Assembly: GCA_937922735.1 (NCBI GenBank) | Contig: CALAJL010000120.1 | Span: 1 to 49,764, forward strand | Source of the DNA: an uncultured Gammaproteobacteria bacterium | GTDB lineage: Bacteria > Pseudomonadota > Gammaproteobacteria > UBA4575 | DNA length: 49,764 nucleotides | Direction of reading: 5' to 3' | Part shown: in pieces, positions 43,290 to 49,764 of the stretch | Layout: each line of letters opens with the position of its first letter | How positions within the stretch are numbered: position 1 is the first letter of the stretch | Position numbers and translations under genes: made by a program | The notes under the pieces: model-generated | Databases searched by the model: none | The model's input: only the letters and a program-made list of their open reading frames with translations | Told to the model about the DNA's origin: nothing

Positions 43290-43446
43290 TTTTGCATGTA
43301 GGTCTTCTCAAAAATACAACATCATAAGATGATCTCTATGATGCGGTGAGTACATCCAGCATAACCATAAATAATACCGTAGCCATTCCTAATAATTTTT
43401 TTCTGTAATAAAATTGCCTTACTTTAGGTTCTATTACTATAGAACG

Positions 43447-44754
43447 ATGTTTGCTAATAAATTACCCCCAGGTCCGACTGAAGCATTTAACCTAAATGCA
43501 AATGAAGAGTCATTCGCACTAATCCATAAATTGCTGTTGGAATACGGGGATATTGTCTCCTTGCCTAGTGTTGGAAATAAGCCAATACAAATTATTATTA
43601 ATCATCCCGATTACATAAAGAACGTATTTGTAACAGAACATCGAAATATGCAAAAGGGCACTGGCTTTGATCGTGTGAAGATATTACTCGGGAATGGGTT
43701 AATCGTTAGTGATGGAGAGTTCTGGCAACGTCAAAAGCGCATCATACAACCCATGTTTCATAAAAATGTATTACAAAAAACGCATAACATCATGTGCGAG
43801 TGTAATGTGCGCTTATTAGAAAAATGGAAGAGTAATGTCGATAGAGGAGAACCTATAAATGTTACTAAAGATACATGTTCTCTTGCACTTGAGATAATTT
43901 TACGTGCGTTATTTAGTGAAGATTATGAAAAAATTTCGAGCAAAGGAGAAAGCCCATTTTTTATTTTAATTGAGCATGTGGAGCGAGACTTAGATTTGGT
44001 GGTTAAATTCAATAGTTTAAGGAAATACGTTAAGCGCTTTATGCAAGACCGAGTAGAAAGTAATCGTTATCCTGATGATATATTGTCTATGTTGATGTTG
44101 ACTGAAGATAAAATAACTCAACAGAAAATGTCAGAAAAAGAAGTGCTAGATGAAGTGATGACTTTGATTGTCGCCGCACATGAAACGACTGCGGCTACCT
44201 TGCATTGGGTTTGGTATTTCTTATCTAAACATTCTAAAGCATTAGATAAAGTGCATGATGAAATAGATCACCTAAATGAGGATCTGCCTAGTTTTGAATC
44301 TGTGCAAAAACTAAGCTTTATACGGCAAATAATTGATGAGGCATTGCGTCTGTATCCGCCTGGCTGGTTATTAAGTCGTCAGGTGACTGAGCAAATTAAA
44401 TTGGGAGATTATATGCTAGAGGCAGGGTCAAATATTTTTATATCCCCCTATTTTGTTCATCGCCATCCAGCGTATTGGGAGCGAGCAGAGCAATTTGAAC
44501 CAGAACGTTTCAGTAATGAAAAGACTAAGAAAATAAATCGTTATAGTTACTTCCCATTTTCTATGGGACAAAGGCGGTGTCCGGGCGAATTATTTGCCAT
44601 AATTGAAATGCAAGTGCATATTGCATACATATGTAAACATCTAAAACCAAACGATATCAAGGATCAGCCAATCGCTTTAGAGCCACTGATTAATTTGCGT
44701 GCACAAGAAGACTTATATATGCAAGCGCAGCACCGGCATTCTGTTGCAAGCTAA
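43447..44754 (+). CDS. Cytochrome P450 monooxygenase
   Basis: Heme-Cys loop FSMGQRRCPGELFA, ExxR (IDEALRLYPP) and I-helix VAAHETTAATL. There is an N-terminal KLPPGP hinge. Start placed at the ATG at 43447 (MFANKLPPGP) rather than the TTG at 43414. Confidence 0.9.
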   Translation: MFANKLPPGPTEAFNLNANEESFALIHKLLLEYGDIVSLPSVGNKPIQIIINHPDYIKNVFVTEHRNMQKGTGFDRVKILLGNGLIVSDGEFWQRQKRIIQPMFHKNVLQKTHNIMCECNVRLLEKWKSNVDRGEPINVTKDTCSLALEIILRALFSEDYEKISSKGESPFFILIEHVERDLDLVVKFNSLRKYVKRFMQDRVESNRYPDDILSMLMLTEDKITQQKMSEKEVLDEVMTLIVAAHETTAATLHWVWYFLSKHSKALDKVHDEIDHLNEDLPSFESVQKLSFIRQIIDEALRLYPPGWLLSRQVTEQIKLGDYMLEAGSNIFISPYFVHRHPAYWERAEQFEPERFSNEKTKKINRYSYFPFSMGQRRCPGELFAIIEMQVHIAYICKHLKPNDIKDQPIALEPLINLRAQEDLYMQAQHRHSVAS

Positions 44755-44797
44755 ACTGATTCTGTTTAAACATTAAATTTACTTTCAAACAATATTT

Positions 44798-46786
44798 ATG
44801 CAATTTAAAACATTAATTGATGCATTCACGCATAACCGAAGTGAAGACCGCTTTGTAGGTTTCTTGAGCGGCCAAGATGAGGAAAAAATTACTACCTTCA
44901 ATGCTTTATATGATCGGGCTTTGGGTTTGTTGCATGTGTTGCAACAGAAAGGAATGCAACAAGGTGATTATCTCATATTGAATTTAAATGATAATGAGAA
45001 GATGGTGGATGTTTTTTGGGCCTGCCAACTGGGTGGTATTATACCCGTTCCTTTGGCAGTGGGGATAAGTGACCAGCATCGCCAAAAGATATTTAATGTT
45101 TATCAGCAATTAGTAACAACTCCTAAATCAAATAAGACTTCAAGTAGCGCCTATTTATATACAGATCGGAAAACGCTACTTAAGTTACAAAGTAGTGCAG
45201 AAAAAGCCTCTGATACTTCATCTTATGAATCTATAGCGAAGCATGTGTTATTAACAGATGAAGTAATTGATGTATCAAAGCCAGGTCAGAGGGTAGATGT
45301 GAAGCCTGAAGACATTTCATTTATTCAGTTTTCTTCAGGATCAACCGGTAGTCCTAAAGGTGTAGTGCTAAAACATCGCAATCTAATAGCTAATATTGAT
45401 GGCATCCAAAAAGCGGCTGAATTTACTGCAGATGATATAAGCTTGAGTTGGATGCCTTTGACACATGATATGGGGTTAATAGGGTTTCATTTAAATCCGA
45501 TTGTGTGTAATTACAATCATTACATTATGCGCACGGATCTTTTTATCCGTCGGCCGCTCTATTGGATGACCGCGGCTAGTGATAAGAAAGCAAATGTTCT
45601 ATGTTCCCCAAACTTTGGTTATAAACATTTTCTAAATGCCTTTGCTCGAAAAGGGTTGGAAGGTATCGATCTTTCGCATATGCGTTTAATTTTTAATGGA
45701 GCAGAACCCATTTCGGTGAATCTATGTGATCAGTTCACTCATGAAATGTCGAAGTTTGGTTTACCTAAGAACAGTATGTTTCCAGTGTATGGTTTAGCAG
45801 AAGCCAGTTTGGCGGTAAGTTTTCCAGTAGTTGGGTCCGATCTAAACGTTATTGATGTGCACCGAGAGTCTTTGGCTATTGGCGCTCAAGCAAAAATTAC
45901 ATCCAAGTCAGAAAAGACTTCAACCCTTGTGGGTGTTGGTGTGCCGATTCCACATTGCAAGGTAAGGATCAGTGATCAACAAGGTGAAGAATTGCCAACA
46001 GGCACGGTTGGGCATATTCATATTGGTGGCCAAAATGTAACGGAGGAGATAATTGGAGACAACGGGGCGATATTTTTTGCAAATGGTTGGGTAAACACAG
46101 GTGATTTAGGTTTTTCTTCTGATAATGGTATTTTTATTACAGGCCGATTCAAAGAAATACTTTTTGTCAATGGCCAAAACTATTATCCCCACGACATAGA
46201 AGAAGCATTGCAAACTATACCCGGGTTAGAGCTTGAATTAGAGCTCGGTAAAGCTGTGGTAACTGGAGTTTCTTCAGATAAAAGTGACCTTGAGCAAGTT
46301 ATTGTATTTGTTCTACATAAAGGCAAGTTGGATGAATTTATGGTTATTAGTTCGCAAGTTAAAGCAAGAATTAACGAGCAATTCGGTATTGAAGTGCATT
46401 ATGTATTGCCGATCAGAAAAGTGCCAAAGACTACGAGTGGTAAAGTACAGCGTTCTGCATTAGCTGATATGTATCTTAATGGTGAGTTTGAAGAGGTGTT
46501 AAGTGAATTGTCACCGATAAAAGAGTTGGCTAGCCAGATTGCTGACCTAGATAATGAGTCTGCAGATGATGAAATTATCAATGCGATTAAAAAAGTATGT
46601 ATGGATGCGTTACCTGACAAGACCTTTGGGGTTAATGATAGTTTGTTAGAACTAGGTGCAAGCTCACTATCATTAGTAGAAATTCATGCTGGCTTAGATG
46701 AGTTATATCCTGACAAAATAGAAATCACAGATTTAGTTGATCACCCAACAATTATCGCACTTGCAGAATTTCTAAAAACTAAATAA
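44798..46786 (+). CDS. Fatty-acyl-AMP ligase (FAAL) fused to a C-terminal acyl carrier domain
   Basis: 662 aa. FAAL-type adenylation motifs: FIQFSSGSTGSPKGVVLKHRNL, WMPLTHDMGLIGFHL, FNGAEPI, PVYGLAEASLAVS, TGDLGF, GRFKEILFVNGQNYYPHDIE and PKTTSGKVQR. The C-terminal ~80 aa carry a phosphopantetheine site (LLELGASSLSLVEI). Confidence 0.88.
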   Translation: MQFKTLIDAFTHNRSEDRFVGFLSGQDEEKITTFNALYDRALGLLHVLQQKGMQQGDYLILNLNDNEKMVDVFWACQLGGIIPVPLAVGISDQHRQKIFNVYQQLVTTPKSNKTSSSAYLYTDRKTLLKLQSSAEKASDTSSYESIAKHVLLTDEVIDVSKPGQRVDVKPEDISFIQFSSGSTGSPKGVVLKHRNLIANIDGIQKAAEFTADDISLSWMPLTHDMGLIGFHLNPIVCNYNHYIMRTDLFIRRPLYWMTAASDKKANVLCSPNFGYKHFLNAFARKGLEGIDLSHMRLIFNGAEPISVNLCDQFTHEMSKFGLPKNSMFPVYGLAEASLAVSFPVVGSDLNVIDVHRESLAIGAQAKITSKSEKTSTLVGVGVPIPHCKVRISDQQGEELPTGTVGHIHIGGQNVTEEIIGDNGAIFFANGWVNTGDLGFSSDNGIFITGRFKEILFVNGQNYYPHDIEEALQTIPGLELELELGKAVVTGVSSDKSDLEQVIVFVLHKGKLDEFMVISSQVKARINEQFGIEVHYVLPIRKVPKTTSGKVQRSALADMYLNGEFEEVLSELSPIKELASQIADLDNESADDEIINAIKKVCMDALPDKTFGVNDSLLELGASSLSLVEIHAGLDELYPDKIEITDLVDHPTIIALAEFLKTK

Positions 46787-46829
46787 TCGTTGCTTGATAA
46801 CTTTTTTCATATTTTAATGTTGTATTTAG

Positions 46830-47687
46830 TCAGTCGTATAAGGATTTTTTCTTTTTCCATCTCTTGTGTGTCCATAACCAATCCTCTGGTTGCTGTAAAA
46901 TTTGTTGTTCGACAGCTTGTACATATTGTTTTAAGACTATATTAGAATCTTTTTCATAAGGTGGAGAGCAGAGCATTTTTATACTTGCTTTGTATCGGCC
47001 GCGCGACATGCGTTCAAAATTCATAAAGAACACAGGGTACTTGAATAACGTTGCGATCTTTTCTAAGCCCAAATAAAAAGGGGTCTCCTGGTTTAAAAAA
47101 GTTGTCCAATAAGCTTCGTCTCGTCGTCTAGGGGCCTGGTCTGGGGCAATAGAGATAATGCGTGTTTGTTTTGCATGTTGAATGAGTTCTGTTATGCATG
47201 TTTTGGCAGGTGTTAGTGTGATATTGAATTTTTCACCTGAATCTAATGCTAATTCATTAGCCCACTTAATGTGTAACGGTTTATATATATTATTAAGTGG
47301 GAAGTTAAGTTTATGTTTCGCGGCTATGATAGCCCATTCCAGATTACTTTGATGAGCAAGGGTTAATAGAACTGTTTGGTTCTGTTGTAAATAGTTTTCA
47401 ATTTCTTCACTCGCTTCAAATTTGACGCATTCTAGAATTTCTTCTGGCTTCATGTTGAAGCTTTTAATAATTTCAACAAAAACTTCACTATAGTTCTTGT
47501 AATGTTTTTTAAGTAACGTCTTTTTTTCTATAGCACTTAGGTTTGGGAAAGAATTATCTATATTCTTTTTCGCAATACTGCGTTTAAAGCGAACAATGTA
47601 GAAAAGAAATAGATATAGCGGCCACGAAAAACCATATAAAACATGAAGTGGGAGGGCTGCTATGAATTTTATGATGAGCTTTTGCAA
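46830..47687 (-). CDS. LpxL/HtrB/MsbB-family (lipid A late) acyltransferase, paralog A
   Basis: 285 aa. N-terminal hydrophobic anchor, HYKN box, H(x)4E catalytic motif (LAHQSNLEWA) and C-terminal PEDWLWTHKRWK, typical of the lauroyl/myristoyl acyltransferase family. Confidence 0.8.
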   Translation of the reverse strand: MQKLIIKFIAALPLHVLYGFSWPLYLFLFYIVRFKRSIAKKNIDNSFPNLSAIEKKTLLKKHYKNYSEVFVEIIKSFNMKPEEILECVKFEASEEIENYLQQNQTVLLTLAHQSNLEWAIIAAKHKLNFPLNNIYKPLHIKWANELALDSGEKFNITLTPAKTCITELIQHAKQTRIISIAPDQAPRRRDEAYWTTFLNQETPFYLGLEKIATLFKYPVFFMNFERMSRGRYKASIKMLCSPPYEKDSNIVLKQYVQAVEQQILQQPEDWLWTHKRWKKKKSLYD

Positions 47688-47728
47688 AGATTTACTTTAG
47701 GTTTAAAGTGCGAGGGTAAGATTATAAT

Positions 47729-48586
47729 CTAGTCGCTAACAGGTTTTTTAAGTTTCCATCTTCTATAAGCCCATAGCCAGTCTTCTGGGCTGTCTAATAT
47801 TAATGCCTCAAGCTCGGCAATATATGCCTGCATTATTTGATTGGGTTCTTGTAGATAAGGTGGTTCAGCCAGTAATTTCAATGTTGCCTGATAGTACCCT
47901 TTACGGGTCCTTTTTAGTGACATGAAGATGATTGGATATTTAAATGCTCGAGTTATTTTTTCAGTGCCGGTGTGAAAAGCAGTATCGCGATTCAAAAACG
48001 TTTGCCAATAGGGATCATCATTCTTTTTAGGAGATTGATCGGCTGCCATCGCAAGCATGCGTGTAATCTTAGATCGTTTTAAAGATTCTGCTACACAAGT
48101 TTCCATGGGTAGGGGGGTAACATCAAATCTTGTGCGTAAATAATAAAATAATTTTTCTAGGGTTTCAGAGCGTTGAGTGCGGTAAACAGTATCCACTGGG
48201 TAATCTAAATGTTGTGCACATGCTAACAACGCCCACTCAAAATTACAAAAGTGTGCAGTAATAATAATGGCGGACTGATCTTGTTCTAAGTATTCTTCTA
48301 ATACATGTAGGTTGGTAAATTCGACGCGATTTTTGATTTCTTCTTTACTTAAACTAAGTGACTTAATACTTTCTGCGATTACCATGCATGTATTTTTGTA
48401 ATGCTTTTTAGCTAGGTTATTACACTCGTCATCAGTATAGTTTGGAAAAGATGCTTTAATATTTGCAAGCGCGAGTGTTTTCCTAACATTGAAGATATGA
48501 AATAAAAGAACATAACCACACCAAGAAGCTCCATGTAACACTCTTAAAGGTAATAGCGATAGAACTTTAAGAAAAGGTATTAACAT
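47729..48586 (-). CDS. LpxL/HtrB/MsbB-family (lipid A late) acyltransferase, paralog B
   Basis: 285 aa, collinear with paralog A (KKHYKN, TAHFCNFEWA = H(x)4E, FKYP, PEDWLWAYRRWK). It ends 41 nt upstream of paralog A on the same strand. Confidence 0.8.
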   Translation of the reverse strand: MLIPFLKVLSLLPLRVLHGASWCGYVLLFHIFNVRKTLALANIKASFPNYTDDECNNLAKKHYKNTCMVIAESIKSLSLSKEEIKNRVEFTNLHVLEEYLEQDQSAIIITAHFCNFEWALLACAQHLDYPVDTVYRTQRSETLEKLFYYLRTRFDVTPLPMETCVAESLKRSKITRMLAMAADQSPKKNDDPYWQTFLNRDTAFHTGTEKITRAFKYPIIFMSLKRTRKGYYQATLKLLAEPPYLQEPNQIMQAYIAELEALILDSPEDWLWAYRRWKLKKPVSD

Positions 48587-48872
48587 AATGAAGAGTATTT
48601 GAAATAAGGGAGGTCGCTATTGTTAAGCCTTGTAACTTTTGGTAGTTATTTATTGCCCATCTATAAGGTTGATGTTTCAAACTGCATGAAATTGCGCCAG
48701 AAATTCTTTGGATCTAGCGCTTTTATCAGGCACATTAAAGCAATCTTGACCAAAACTATCCAACTTGATTCTGCCATACTTGCATCTAGCTGATTGAGTC
48801 AAAATATATCTAGATCTTCATTCTAATAAGCATTCACTGCAACAGATAGCTAGTGATACACTAATGCTGTAT

Positions 48873-48949
48873 GCGCCCGTAGCTCAGCTGGATAGAGCAT
48901 CGGCCTTCTAAGCCGAGGGTCGCAGGTTCGAATCCTGCCGGGCGCACCA
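48873..48949 (+). tRNA. tRNA-Arg (anticodon UCU)
   Basis: 77 nt, folded by hand. Acceptor GCGCCCG/CGGGCGC. Anticodon stem TCGGC/GCCGA with loop CTTCTAA. T arm GCAGG-TTCGAAT-CCTGC. The CCA end is encoded. Confidence 0.93.
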
Positions 48950-49076
48950 TTACTTATACGCCCTCATGATACCCAGATATTACTGCTAAATTGTTGATCA
49001 TTAAGTGGTTTGTACTCTCTAATAAGTAACATAGTCAATTTATCCGGAAATACGTTAGTATGCGATTTCCAACTAT

Positions 49077-49153
49077 GGTGAGCGTAGCTCAGTTGGTAGA
49101 GCGCAGGATTGTGATTCCTGTGGTCGTGGGTTCGATCCCCATCGCTCACCCCA
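49077..49153 (+). tRNA. tRNA-His (anticodon GUG)
   Basis: 77 nt including the His-specific G-1 paired to C73. Anticodon stem CAGGA/TCCTG with loop TTGTGAT. T arm GTGGG-TTCGATC-CCCAT. The CCA end is encoded. Confidence 0.93.
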
Positions 49154-49385
49154 CTTGTTCTTGGTCATAGCAATATACATATAGACTTAATAATTTGTTT
49201 TTATATCGATGTAATTGCAATTAGTAATATTTGCAAATAAAAAAATGCAGTCTTACTATAGATTAACAGTATGAATACCAACGATTTCCTGAATCATTAG
49301 TAATGGCGACGATGACTAAATAACGCTCGTGCAAAATGTTTGGTGAATGACTAGTTTTAATATTAACTCTTGGAGCAACTTTTAA

Positions 49386-49764
49386 ATGAAAAACATTAAA
49401 TTAATTTGTCTGCTTGTGCTGATCGCAGTACTCGCAACGGGTTGTGCAACTCGTTCATGGGATAGTCGAGTAGCATGTGCTGCGGCAGGTGCTGTCGGTG
49501 GCACGATTATAGGCGGAGCTGCGGATAATACTGATGGAGCACTTGCGGGTGCTGCTATTGGTGGGATTTTAGGTTTCATAATTTGTCCTAATTCAGCTGA
49601 AGCGGCAGAACCCGCAATGGAAGCTCCTGGCGATGCTGATGGTGATGGTGTCACCGATGATAAAGATCGATGCCCAACGACTCCTGCAGGTGCAAAAGTG
49701 GATGCCAATGGCTGTGAGTTAGATAGCGATGGTGATGGTGTGGTGGATAGTAAAGATGCATGTC
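49386..49764 (+). CDS. Lipoprotein with glycine-zipper and thrombospondin type-3 (DxDxDG) repeats, probably an OmpA-family N-terminus; 3'-truncated by the window edge
   Basis: Hand translation gives MKNIKLICLLVLIAVLATGC (lipobox LATGC). It continues with AAAGAVGGTIIGGAAD...GAAIGGILGF, then DADGDGVTDDKDRCP and DSDGDGVVDSKDAC. It is absent from the ORF track because there is no stop codon within the window. Confidence 0.75.
   Translation, partial: MKNIKLICLLVLIAVLATGCATRSWDSRVACAAAGAVGGTIIGGAADNTDGALAGAAIGGILGFIICPNSAEAAEPAMEAPGDADGDGVTDDKDRCPTTPAGAKVDANGCELDSDGDGVVDSKDAC

Noticed and set aside
44798-46786. AlmE-like amino-acid (glycine) activation by the adenylation-carrier fusion
   Set aside because: The core motifs (HDMGLIG, YGLAEASLAVS, NxYPxDIE) are of the fatty-acyl-AMP-ligase type rather than the DltA/NRPS A-domain type. 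The AlmEFG parallel is kept only at the level of pathway logic.
43243-48586. Idea that the P450/FAAL/acyltransferase block is the cargo of the tRNA-Pro-integrated element
   Set aside because: The block lies outside (downstream of) the second 47-bp repeat, and no further att copy was seen between 48587 and 48872. It may be a separate or older acquisition, or native. Only hot-spot location can be claimed.
48964-49149. 61-aa minus-strand ORF
   Set aside because: Its 5' part is simply the reverse complement of tRNA-His (49077-49153), so it is an artefact.
49382-49708. 108-aa minus-strand ORF at the window end
   Set aside because: It is antisense to a convincing plus-strand lipoprotein gene, and its A/P/S-rich composition mirrors the Gly/Ala-rich coding strand.

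Overview
AT-rich gammaproteobacterial chromosome segment, about 85% conserved housekeeping genes. The order is RDD protein, xerD, dsbC, a large AddA/RecB-like helicase-nuclease, parE-parC, htpX and a FimX-like REC-PAS-GGDEF-EAL protein with a neighbouring PilZ-like protein. Then come epmB/efp/epmA, a SCO1-family gene and psd, aroC, an MFS transporter, leuCDB, asd, fimV, truA, trpF-trpB-trpA, accD, folC, a SPOR protein, cvpA, purF, an L,D-transpeptidase-like gene, a DUF455 gene, lpxH and ppiA. As far as I recall, the leuB-asd-fimV-truA-trpF...accD-folC-SPOR-cvpA-purF order, and fimX lying near parCE, match the Pseudomonas-type arrangement. The accessory part is a tRNA hot spot at about 42.2-49.2 kb. 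A complete tRNA-Pro(UGG) is followed by a ~1 kb phage remnant (YopX gene, Cys-rich mini-ORF, no integrase) bracketed by a 47-bp duplication of the tRNA 3' half. Next is a compact block: cytochrome P450, a fatty-acyl-AMP-ligase fused to an acyl carrier domain, and two tandem LpxL/HtrB-family acyltransferases, closed by tRNA-Arg(UCU) and tRNA-His(GUG). I consider this P450 / FAAL-ACP / 2x late-acyltransferase block the best candidate for an undescribed system. The proposed role is dedicated supply and transfer of a possibly hydroxylated acyl chain to lipid A or another envelope lipid. The second most interesting locus is the catalytically degenerate FimX-like protein with the adjacent 591-aa protein carrying an atypical PilZ-like C-terminus. 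No CRISPR array, rRNA or intact transposon/integrase was seen. All product calls rest on motif recognition by eye; no database search was possible.
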